Shown in pieces: positions 24,701 through 35,520 of a stretch of DNA of 64,000 nucleotides. Under the pieces are notes generated by a model, which was not told where the DNA came from, made no database searches, and worked only from the letters and a program-made list of their open reading frames with translations. A program made the translations under genes and the position numbers. The stretch lies in contig RHPI01002411.1 in the NCBI GenBank assembly GCA_009103225.1, forward strand, positions 1-64,000, given 5' to 3'. Source of the stretch: Chlorokybus atmophyticus. Its lineage: Eukaryota; Plantae; Mesostigma and Chlorokybus algae. Positions within the stretch are counted from its first letter, which is position 1. Every line of letters starts with the position of its first letter.

Positions 24701-25066
24701 ATTTGCGCATGCTTGCCCTGGTTGGCAACCATGACGGCGTTGGCGTCAAGCCGTGCGCGATCGTTGGGACGTCGAGGAACAGCGCTAGCTGTGGGGTGTT
24801 GCGCCAGGGTGCTGGACCTCAAGGCTGCCATGGCTCATCTTCCTGCAGCAAGAGCGGTGCTCTGTCCCTGTGCACTTCCTTGTCCGGTTCCACCCCCCTG
24901 CCCTGGCCCTTGTCCGGGTGATGCTAGAGCCGGTGGTGGATTGCGACGAGGAGTTGGGTCCATACCAGGAGCTGCTGCTGGTGGTGGTGGAGGCACGCGT
25001 TCCATTGTTGTCACTGCCTCTCTGTTGGTCCAGTAGAGTGCATGAGCGGCCTCCCGCATTAGTGCA

Positions 25067-28000
25067 TGTTGAAGGACTAGCATGCATATGTAGTTGAGGC
25101 AAGCATAGACACACAGAGACAGAGCTACCGCCACCAGAGCATACACAGGTCACATCACATTCATCTATTACAAGTTGTCCGCTGGTTCTTATACCAGCCA
25201 GTTACACACACGTCTACGTTTGCAAGCACTGCGTGAGCTATACTCAGCCTTTTGACGCGCTCTAAGCTGTGTTGTCTTCCTTACAATCAGAGCTTTCCAA
25301 CAAGCTCTCACACGCCTAATATGAGTAAGTATACGCGGAGATACGAAGCAGTTAGTAAGGCTCCAGTCTGGAGTCCGGAGTCTGGTCCGACGATGCCATC
25401 TTGCTAAGTCCGGACCTAGTGCTCGTCCTTACGACCTTCTACTCCTGTGTGGAGGGTCGATGCTGATCGTATGTAGGAATGACTCTCAACACTCCCACGC
25501 GAGCAGCTTGACCTCCAACGCTTGCTCCTGTAGTCAAACACAAATGCCAAGTCCTGCGCAACAAGTCTTGAACTTGAGTGGTGACAATGGCTTTGTCATG
25601 AAGTCCGCCAGCATGCCCTCAGTGTTGCAGTACTGGAACTCCACCTCCTTCCTTGTGACTCTGTCACGCACAAAGTGATGCATGACATCAATGTGCTTCG
25701 TCCTTGCCGAGGCGATAGGGTGCTTCAACAACTTGATGGCTCCTTGGTTGTCACAGTTGATGACGATGCACGCCATGGGGTGCTCCAAGTCTGCCATGAG
25801 CTTGCGAAGCCAGAGTGCCTCCTTCACTGCTGCTGCCGCTGCCATGTACTCAGCCTCTGATGTAGATGCTGCTGTTGTTGGCTGCAGCCTGCTGTTCCAG
25901 CTCACCACGCCTCCGTTCAGCTTGAAGACGTAGCCTGTAGTGGACCTCCTGCTGTTGAGGTCACCAGCAAAGTCCGAGTCGCAGTAGCCCTCCAACTCAG
26001 TGCTCCCGCTCCCAAACTTGATGCCAACTGTTGCGCTCCCAGCAACATAGCGTAGTACTCCCTTTGCTGCTCTCCAGTGCTCCATGCTCGGTGCAGACAT
26101 GTAGCGAGCAAGTACTCCCACAGCATGTGCAACATCGGGACGTGTGCACACTGCCAGATAGAGCATGCTGCCTACCAGCTCACCATATGGATACTGAGCC
26201 TTGTCGAGTACCTCCTCATCCTTTGCCTTGATGAGGGCAGTGCCAAGTGCCAACGGTGTGGTCTTGGTCTTCGCTTCAGTGAGCCCAAACTTGGTGACGA
26301 GTCTTCTCACCATCTGCTCCTGACTGATCTTGATTGTGCGAGCCGCCCTGTCGCGCTCAATCACCATGCCAAGGAACCACTTGGCCTCTCCAAGATCACG
26401 AACTGAGAATGCTTGCTGTAGAGCAAGTTTCGTCTCCTGCAGGTGGTGCACCTGCCTGGCGGTGATGATGATATCATCAACATACACGAGCAGCCAGACC
26501 TTGTTGTCTGCATGGATGAAGAGCCCAGGGTCTGCAGAGGATGCGGTGAAGCCAAGTGCCTCCAGCTCCTTGGTGAGCTTGATGTGCCACATACGCGGTG
26601 CCTGTCGCAGCCCGTACAGTGCCTTGATCAGCTTGCACGCTGTGCCTCTCTCCCCTTCTTCATATCCAGGTGGTTGCTCGATGAAGATCTCCTCCTCCAG
26701 CTCTCCGTAGAGGAAGGCAGTCTTCACATCCAGGTGATGCAGCTCTAGGTCTTCAGCAGCAACCATAGCTAGCAGTGCACGGAAGGTGGTATGCTTACTT
26801 GCAGGTGCAAACACTTCGTTGAAGTCCACACCTTCCTGCTGCAAGAAGCCCTTTGCCACCAGTCTTGCCTTGTAGCGCTCAATGTTGCCCTGACCATCAC
26901 GCTTCACCTTGAAGACCCATTTCACTGGAATGGTCTTCACTCCTTGCGGTAACTGCTCCAGTGACCAAGTGTTGTTGGCATGGAGTGACGCAATCTCCTC
27001 GTCCATAGCACGCTGCCATTGCTCCGCATCTGGTGCTAACAATGCCTCCTCGTAGGTGCTTGGCTCCTCATTCTGCACACTGGCGACGTGTGCCTTGTGT
27101 AGGAAGTCAGGTGCCTTTCTCTCCCTCACTGGGTATCTCCGAGCTGCGTGCTCCTGCTGCAGGTGCGACTGCTTGTCTGCTACAGTGGAGTCCTGCTCAC
27201 CCTTATCGTCGATGATGGCCTTGCCTGTAGCCTCCACTGTTTCAGGATGCTCCGGCTGTGCTTCATCTTCAGGAAAGAAGCCTGCTTCTGGTTGTGATAA
27301 TCCCTCGTGGAAAACCACCTCTCTGCTCACGATGATCTTCTGAGTGTCCTCGAGCAAGATCCTGTAAGCCTTGGAACCCGGTTCATAGCCAACGAAGATG
27401 CCCTTCTTGCTGACCGGCTCCAGCTTGTGCCTGAGCTGTTTAGGCACTAGTGCATATGCCGTGCATCCAAACACACGCATACCACTCACATCTGGTGTGG
27501 CTCCATAGAAGTGCTCCCACGGAGTCTTCTGCTCTGAGCTCACCGGAGACCTGTTGCGGATGTAGTTGGCAGTGAGTACCGCCTCCTTCCACAAACTGTC
27601 TTCCATCTTTGTGTCGTTGAGCATGGCTCGAACACGCTCCAAGAGTGTCCTGTTGAGGCGTTCAGCTGCTCCATTCTGCTGCGGGGTGTAGGGTGCCGTT
27701 GTCTCGTGACGTATGCCCTTGCTGGCGAAGAACTCCTTCAACTCCTTGTTGATGTACTCCCCTCCTCGGTCACTCCTCATTGCCTTCATCTTGTTGCTAG
27801 ACTGCGTCTCCAACAAGGCCACGACTGTGCGCACAGCTCCAGCAATTTCTGACTTCAGCGTCAACGGAAAGATGATGGACAGCTTGCTGTAGTCGTCGAT
27901 CAATGTAGCAAAGTACCTGACCCCTCCCTTCGCCACAATGCGCATAGGGCCACAGACATCCATGTGCACAAGCTCGCAAGGACGCTGACTGCTAGAAGAG

Positions 28001-28682
28001 GATGATGGGAATGGCATAGCATGCTGCTTTGCAACCAGGCATGGTTCACAAAGTGCACCTGATGCATTCTTGAGTTCTTCAGTGCTGAGATGGATGCCCT
28101 TGACCATCTTCTCAGCGACAAGGCGAGTGAGGTTGACGTAGCTGAGATGCCCGAACCTTCGATGCCACAATGTTGGCGACGCCTTGTCCTTCACCATCAT
28201 GGCTTGGATGTTAATGTTCTGAGGGTGCTGCTCCACGTGGTAGAGCCCTCCCGGATCAGCGATTCCAACCATGTGCACGACCCCATCAAGGATGACTGTG
28301 CAGCCACCCTTCCGAAATAGGATCTCCGCGTCTAAGCGCTCCGCAACCCTCACAGAGAATAGACTCGCAATAGCCTTAGGAACATGCAGGACGTTGCGTA
28401 ACAACACCTCGCGTAGTGTGGTACCAACCTTGCACTGGAGTCGTACGTTGCCAACTCCCTCAGCCACCAGTACTTCGCCACTGAAGCCCGCCACCTTGAT
28501 TGTGGACGTCAGCTTTCTGTAGCCCTCCATCACCTCCTTGCTTGGTGTGAGATGACGATCGCAGCCAGAGTCCACCACCCAGAAAGCTGTGCCCGCCTTC
28601 GAACTGGATGCAGTGAAGGCGACATGTTTCTCCTTGTGTTGGTGCTCGTTGCCGCTGTTGCTGGTGCTCGCACTAGGTTGCC
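25067..28682 (-). mobile_element. 5'-truncated Copia family A element
   Basis: 3' LTR 25067-25491, PPT and pol; identity to the other copies stops at 28682, just after the gag knuckle region; no 5' LTR or TSD found. Confidence 0.92.
25534..28578 (-). CDS. Copia pol (protease-integrase-RT-RNase H), 1014 aa open
   Basis: Nearly identical to 13656-17540 from VVDSGC onward. Confidence 0.95.
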   Translation of the reverse strand: MVDSGCDRHLTPSKEVMEGYRKLTSTIKVAGFSGEVLVAEGVGNVRLQCKVGTTLREVLLRNVLHVPKAIASLFSVRVAERLDAEILFRKGGCTVILDGVVHMVGIADPGGLYHVEQHPQNINIQAMMVKDKASPTLWHRRFGHLSYVNLTRLVAEKMVKGIHLSTEELKNASGALCEPCLVAKQHAMPFPSSSSSSQRPCELVHMDVCGPMRIVAKGGVRYFATLIDDYSKLSIIFPLTLKSEIAGAVRTVVALLETQSSNKMKAMRSDRGGEYINKELKEFFASKGIRHETTAPYTPQQNGAAERLNRTLLERVRAMLNDTKMEDSLWKEAVLTANYIRNRSPVSSEQKTPWEHFYGATPDVSGMRVFGCTAYALVPKQLRHKLEPVSKKGIFVGYEPGSKAYRILLEDTQKIIVSREVVFHEGLSQPEAGFFPEDEAQPEHPETVEATGKAIIDDKGEQDSTVADKQSHLQQEHAARRYPVRERKAPDFLHKAHVASVQNEEPSTYEEALLAPDAEQWQRAMDEEIASLHANNTWSLEQLPQGVKTIPVKWVFKVKRDGQGNIERYKARLVAKGFLQQEGVDFNEVFAPASKHTTFRALLAMVAAEDLELHHLDVKTAFLYGELEEEIFIEQPPGYEEGERGTACKLIKALYGLRQAPRMWHIKLTKELEALGFTASSADPGLFIHADNKVWLLVYVDDIIITARQVHHLQETKLALQQAFSVRDLGEAKWFLGMVIERDRAARTIKISQEQMVRRLVTKFGLTEAKTKTTPLALGTALIKAKDEEVLDKAQYPYGELVGSMLYLAVCTRPDVAHAVGVLARYMSAPSMEHWRAAKGVLRYVAGSATVGIKFGSGSTELEGYCDSDFAGDLNSRRSTTGYVFKLNGGVVSWNSRLQPTTAASTSEAEYMAAAAAVKEALWLRKLMADLEHPMACIVINCDNQGAIKLLKHPIASARTKHIDVMHHFVRDRVTRKEVEFQYCNTEGMLADFMTKPLSPLKFKTCCAGLGICV

Positions 28683-28944
28683 TTGACTTGGAATGACTTG
28701 GAATGACTTAGATCAGACCTAAGTCAACTCACAACGGATCAGCTAGTTCGGCTATACTAGGTACCTCCGAGGACTGACTCACAACTGCTCAGCGTCGCGC
28801 GGGGACCCATGCTGGTAGCCAGGGTTGATGCCTGGCTGTAGGCATAGCTGATGGGGAAGTGCTGTGATGCCGGTAGCGCAGGAATGATGCTTGGCTGTAG
28901 GCATCTTTGAGGAAGTTGGCCCCTCCTGGACCGCTGGCATGACA

Positions 28945-29985
28945 AAAACCCGACATCGCACATGCAGTTGGAGTGCTTGCGCGCAACATGTCTGCACCAA
29001 GCATGGAGCATTGGCTTGCTGCGAAGGGAGTATTGCGCTACGCGGCTGGAAGCACAAGTGTTGGCATCAAGTTTGGTTGCGGAAGCATAAAGATGGAGGG
29101 CTACTGCAACGCAGACTTTGCAGGTGACCTTGACAGCAGGAGGTCCACTACAGCTTACGTCTTCAAGTTAAATGGAGGCGTGGTGAGCTGGAACAGCAAG
29201 CTGCAACCAACAACAACAGCATCTACTTCGGAGCGGAGTACATGGCAGCATCCGCTGCAGTGAAGGAGGCATTATGGCTTCGCAAGCTGATGGCAGATCT
29301 GGAGCACCCAATGGCGTGTATCACGATCAACTACGACAACCAAGGCGCCATCAAGTTGCTGAAGCACCCCATTGCCTTGACAAGGACAAAGCACATTGAT
29401 GTCATCTATCACTTTGTGCGAGACAGAGTCACACGCAAGGAGGTTGAGTTTCAGTTTTGCAATACAGAAGACATGCTCGCGGACTTCATGACAAAGCCAC
29501 TGTCACCACTGAAGTTCAAGGCATGTTGCACGGGACTCGGCATATGTGCGTAAGCAGGACTAAGTTTAAAGGCCAACCTGCCCGCGTGGGAGTGTTAAAG
29601 ATATTCCTACATCCGGTCAGCCTGCCCTGTATACAAGAGAAGGGACCTCGATGGGAGGACCTTGAAGACTCCGGACATGAAGGTCCTGGCGCGGACTGCA
29701 TAGAAGGGTCCTAGGAGAATCGTCATATCTCCCAAGATACGCAGTCTTATAGGACGTGGCATAGCTTGTTGCAAAGCTTGTCAAGTTAGCTACATGGCAC
29801 ATCTTGCAGCGTAGGATATGGTTAAGCATCGGACGCTGTTGCGTGTAGACCAGCAGTGGGTACAAACTGTGTACTGACTGGCGGGTACATAACCCCGCGG
29901 TCTGTTGGTAATAACATGGGAAGTGTGTTGCCTTCTCCTGTGTGTCATTGCTTGCCCTCTTTGCTTGCATGCTTGCTTCTCAACA
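28945..29985 (+). mobile_element. Copia family B 3' remnant (RT end, RNase H, PPT, LTR 29593-29985); its upstream piece is 19451-19482
   Basis: KPDIAHAVGVLAR...KHIDVIYHF; GCGTGGGAG|TGTTAAAG...TCAACA. The LTR resembles the solo LTR at 51347. Confidence 0.85.
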
Positions 29986-32900
29986 GGCAGGCTACAGTTG
30001 ACGCGCAGACATTCTCTCGTTAAGCTACTCCAAGAACTCCAAGATTATAGGCAAGGTCAGCAACATCGCGTCAAATATTGAAGTGATGTTAACTTCACGG
30101 AGAACTGTAGCCTCGCGCAGAATGCCAGTGTAGTGTGCATCCGCGTTGTGGTAGATATTAAGGAGATTAGCCAGCAAATCCTCCCAGCCTTGAAATCCCT
30201 GTCCACCTGGTCTGCTGCGCTGATGCACATCCCTGAGTTTGATTGAGCGCTGCATGAAGTGATGTTGCCATGCCGCACCCCCTGTAAACCCGATGGTCCA
30301 GCCGGCAAGCATCTGGGACAGACCACCAGCCAGCACGTCGTCACGCTCGCAACTTCACAAGTTTACAAAGTTGTTCGTCACCAGGCGTGCCCATTCTCGA
30401 ATGGTGTTGATGAAGTCATGCGCACGGTGACGTTGAAGCTGCTTGCGTTATTGTTGAAGCTGATCCTGCAGCTGCTTTTGTTGCTGTTGCGCTTGCTGCC
30501 GGTGCTGCTGAAGCTGTAGCTACAGCTCCCACAGATGAGTCCATTGTTGTTGCGGTAGTTGCGGGAGCTGTTGTTTGAGATGGTCTACGTCATCGTGGAG
30601 GGCTTCCTTCTTCGTCTTCGATGATTGTACTTCCCATCTGCGCAATCGTACTGGTCCAGCAGTCTTCTAATGTCGCTTGAAGGCTGTCCAATGCCTCTTG
30701 TCTAGACCGCTCGAGTGCAGCGAAAAACTCCTTAAATAGCATTTGCAACCTGTCAACGTCTCTTTGCGTCTCCCCCAACTGTTGCTGCACCTCTCCCATC
30801 TGCTTCTCTGCTCGCTCTGCTCACACTATCACTTTGTTGACAGCCCCAGTGTCAATTTACGCATGCCCCAGCTGTTGCTCCAACTCTCGCTTGCGGGCTC
30901 GCACCTCGTTCAACTGCTTCTCTGCTCGCTCAGCTCTGTCTGTCATTGCATTGACAATCTAAGTGTTTACAGCCTCTGTAACAGGTTGCGCCGCTTGCTG
31001 CTGCAGCTGGAGTAGCTATTCCCTTGTACGTTGCAGCTCTTCACCACCTTTGGCCTCCTGACTTGAGGAGGATTCAAGCTGCTGCACCCGTTGCAACAGG
31101 CTGGCATTGCGCTGATGGTACTTGTGAAGCACCGCGTCGATGGAGCGCCAAGGGTTCTCTGCCTCTGCCGCTATGGTGGTCATTGTTGCATTTAATGCTG
31201 CAACTTGCAGCTGTGCCTGACGCAACCGCCGGCGCAGACTGTCGACCTCCTCAGCATTTGACTTCGCTGCCAACTCCATTTGCCGCCGCAGCTCCTCAAC
31301 ATTGGATGCCGCTCCCTTTGCTACAGTTCCTGCAGCTGCTGCCGCAGTAGTTTTTCTTCACGAGTGTAGTTGTCAGCCAGCAGCCTACGCTGCCGATGCG
31401 ACTCCTCCACATTGTTGAGAGCACGTTCAAGTTGCTCTTTGCGCATATTATTGAACTTGCGCAAGGACTCCTGCAAGACCGTGTGACTAGTCTGTGCCCG
31501 CTCGTTGGCATCCTGCAGCAGCAAAATAAAAAATGAGTCCACACACAAGCCACTGAAGCATTCCCAACATGCATTAAACTCTGTGATAGTCATCAACGCA
31601 AACCATTGAGGACTGTCATTAGTTTGTGCCAATGCGGGCGCCAACCGTATGCTGCAAGCCCTTGTTGACAGCCCACATAAACCAACAACTACTATCAAGT
31701 GTGTATAAACCGTACCTTTGCTGCAGATGCCACGTTTTGCACGGCTTGCAATACAGAGCCCAGGTCGGCGGCGTGCACGCTATCGGCTTCTTGCATCTTC
31801 ACAAGCGCCTTAGGCTCAGCGCCGGGAGTCAGGTCTTGGGTGACATTTGCAGAGGTAGAGGCGGCTGGCCCTGCGGCGTTCTTGGTGTGGGCGTATTTGC
31901 TGGTGGTGTCGGACCTGCGACAACTTTTCGCAGACGTTCTCCGGACGAAGAGCCTGACAGCTGCAGGGTTGACAGCTGCAAGGTCCCGGTAGGGGTGGAC
32001 TGACCAGTTGATAGCGTGGACAATTGTGGAGTTTCTTGTGTGGCTGCTGGCAGGTTCTGGCGCTGCTTTTTTGATGGTGGTGAAGTAAGAGGAGGGGGAC
32101 CTTCTGTTCTCCTGGCAGGTAGCTTGAGACTGTCAACACGTGGAGGGTCTGGGGCTGGCGTTCTAGTGCCAGCTTGTGTACTGGTACTGGGGGGAGGTGC
32201 CGGTGGGCCATGGGGATTGTGAGGGGGACTGTGAGGGGGACTATCCTTTGGCCTGTTAGAGTGCATGGGCCTTGGACGCATGTTGGCGCGCCCGAGCCAC
32301 GTCCACAGGGGATGCGACTTAATCTCTGTATCACTCATGGGGTTCACAGGTTCAGGCCTAGCAGACACCGCTTGAGCCGCAGTGGAAGGCTCCGTCATGG
32401 CTTCCAATGCACGTGCTGCATCAGCCTCCTCCTTCTTCTCCTCGTACTCAACCTGCTCGTTGACGATGACATGCAGCGCGTCTTGCATCGTCTTGGAGGG
32501 AAACTTCTTCCAGCCTTTGTGAAGAATAGCCGTTATCTTCTTCTCCCAATGCTTTTCCCTTTCCTCCCGCTGAAGTTCAAGCGATACAGCCTGCCGGGTA
32601 AAAGCTTTCTTTGTGGCAGCCAGGCTAAGTGTCCGAGCTTGGTGCGCCTCGACAGTCTTGGTGTAGATGGCGGCCATTTTCTCCTGCAAACACTCGCACC
32701 AAGTTAGGGCTCTGTGTGGAATGTTTGGCGGCCTACATGGCAACGTATACTGGTACGTACACTAAGCAAATTTCTTGTTTAATCTGTAGCTCCAAGTCCC
32801 TTATGACTTGTCTGTGGTCGTCTACTTGTCTGTTTGCTGCCTCTTTCATTTCATGGGCAGCGTCATGCACAGCTTTATAGAAGTGAACAGATATTTGGCG

Positions 32901-33342
32901 CTGAACATGAGCTTTCGGGTCTATCTGTTGATGGACGTGCATACTCTATTGGTTGTTGGCATGCAATGCGCGGTGCAGTTCGATTTGCATGCCAACAGCA
33001 GCCTGTCAGAAGGGACTGACAATGTATATGCACTGCCTCGCTACAAGAGTACATAACTTACCATTGTTTTGGTGCGCTTCAGCTTGACAAGAGGGGGTAA
33101 GCAACCGCCTTAAATACGCCCTGGCACTCTAGCCCGGCTCCCTTAGCGCATTGCTTGTTACAAGCCACATAGCGTCCTCCATGGCCAGCCCCCAGTTATA
33201 TACGAATTTGTGCGCAACATCTTCCGTTCTCCACAGTTGGGTCTGCATCCAAAAGGCCAGTCAGTATTCTGTATCAAATTAACAGTCTGCATTGACAGTC
33301 GAACATGGACAGTTGCCTAACAAGCAAGCTAACAAGCATGCA

Positions 33343-33870
33343 TCAACCACTTACTCTGTCTATCTGCCCATCAGGTGGCCCACGAAAAGGGTCATAGTCC
33401 AGTAGTAGCTCCTCTACTGCCTGTATGTCCTTGATCGCATACACAGTAACAGCTGGCTTGCCGGCGCCATCGAAGTCCGACCAGAGCCTGGCGTTGGGCT
33501 CATGTCGTTGCCCGTGTACGGAATTGATGTAAGCTGCCACATTGCCAGTGCGGGGGTGGCCATCGATGACAACCTGATATTTGTTGGGTGTGTTTTGCAG
33601 GAACAGGTTGACGTGATATCGTCTGTGGTGTTGAAAGCCAGTTGTTAGCTGGCAACTGCGAAAGACATCCCGCTGCTCTTGGTATGTGAACCATTTGCCG
33701 TCGCATGGCATCACGTTCTCCTCTGCAAAGATGTACACAGGTCATCAGTCATAAGCACACAGGTGTACATACAAACACAACGTGCGTATACACGTGCACG
33801 CACCATTTGCTATGTCCTGGCGGGCGAACAGTCCCAATCCAACACCAGTAATTGTGGAGTCCTTGATATC
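33343..33870 (-). pseudogene. SET domain (lysine methyltransferase fold)
   Basis: GxGLFA N-terminal motif, GNxAx[YF]IN, PN and ELLxDY C-terminal motifs. Confidence 0.88.
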
Positions 33871-35480
33871 TCAGTTGTGCAGGTGATACTTGAACTCCTC
33901 TTTGACCGGAATGCTTGTGGATGCTTTTACATCCTTCAAATAGTTCAGCCACCACAGCTGGTGCTTGTCTCCAGCTCCACGATGAATGAGCTTCAGGTTG
34001 GGAATCCCATTGTTAGTCTGTTTGAAGCAGTGGTCAGTTGCAATGCTTTGAGAGCCACACAGATAATAACAGTCTTGCTTGACAGTCCTTTAAGCAAAAA
34101 GCGGGGGGGGGGGGGGGGGGGGGGNGTTGCAATGCTGTGAGAGCCACACAGATGACAGTCTTGCTTGACAGTCCTCTAAGCCAAGGGGGGAGGGGGGGGA
34201 TGCAAGACATATGCTTACCCTCAAGTTGTCGTCCGAAAGGTTGGGTGGCTATGTGGTGCCCGTGGAACTGTAGCAATTCATTTCAAACCTCTGCATCTCT
34301 TGAAAAGCTGCACGGAACTCTTCTTTGGGATCCACCGCAGGACCTTTGCCGTGTTGCTGTGCGGAGGAACTGTGCAATAATGGACTTGTTGAGACATCTG
34401 CAGTCTCCGCCGAGTCTGCCTCCTCCCTTACTTCCAACTCCTGTTGTTGCTGCTGCTGCTGCACCTGCTGCTGCGCCTCTTCCACCTTCAGCTGCGTTTT
34501 GCGAGGCCAAAAGGCACACGGCTTGACGTTGAAGGACCATGCATGGTCCTTTCACGGACTCCGCGGACCATGCATGATCCGTACCCCGCGGGCCAGGACT
34601 GCCTGGTCCGCGGGGGACGGACCGTTCCTGGTCCATTCGGGGCCCCGCGGCCCGTCAATGGCTGGCGCGGCGACGCGCACCACGCATGATCCGTGCCGCA
34701 CCATCCATGGTGCGGCACGGACCATTATGTATCCTGGCCCTTGAATGCGGACCAGGTGCGGTCCCGCAGTCCTGTGGCCCTACAAGGACGCACCGTACAT
34801 GGTGCCGCACGGTCCTCGCCGCACCATGTCCGGTGCCGCACGGACCAGTGACCGCGGCCCTGCCGCTATCATGAGTAGGTACAATAGATTGCCTAAATAC
34901 CTGATTGCACAAGTGCACTTAACGTGTTAATTGACAAGCCGCACCGACTGTCGGCTATACACCCGTGGACAGCCGCAAGTGGATAGCCGCAAATGGTCGG
35001 CGGCTGATTGACAGCCGGCCGGCTGTCAATTAAGCTGTAAGGGGCTGTCTATGCAATCACCATACTTCATAGTACCGTACGTGTATTTGCAAAAATTTGT
35101 GGACATGCACCATTAACATGTTCTTTGCGTTTGTTTAAGTACCTACGTATATATGAACATTATACATGTGTATACGTCAATGCATTATGTCTCATATAAA
35201 AAAATATATATATAATATATAAATGTTAGCGTGTGCACAAATGAATCTAATCTTATACGCATAGATTCGCAGGTTTAAATGGTTATATCAGTAGTATTTA
35301 AGTTGAGCCGTATACAAGGTATGTCTTATGTAAAATTATGTATAAGAAGTATACATAAATGACGTCACTTATTATAATAGCCTCTTATGAGACCGCAGAA
35401 TGCTTGACAGCCCCGACCAAGCATTGTGTACAACCAACTAGTAAATACCTATGTTGGTGCCGCAATGCGGTTTTAATATT

Positions 35481-35520
35481 TATCATGTAAACGTATATAT
35501 ATATATACGTTTACATGATA
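35481..35520. repeat. Perfect 40-bp palindrome in an AT-rich tract
   Basis: TATCATGTAAACGTATATAT|ATATATACGTTTACATGATA. Confidence 0.95.

Larger units (their letters stand above)
19533..25066 (-). mobile_element. Ty3/Gypsy retrotransposon with DNA-cytosine methyltransferase and PHD finger (degenerate, 5' end lost)
   Basis: Minus-strand domain order PR-DNMT-RT-RNaseH-INT-PHD with stops and frameshifts; purine tract AGGAGGGG after the PHD stop. The left boundary is approximate. Confidence 0.9.

Noticed and set aside
34040-34200. ~90-bp duplication around a poly-G run containing an N
   Set aside because: Intronic; the N and homopolymer suggest an assembly join.
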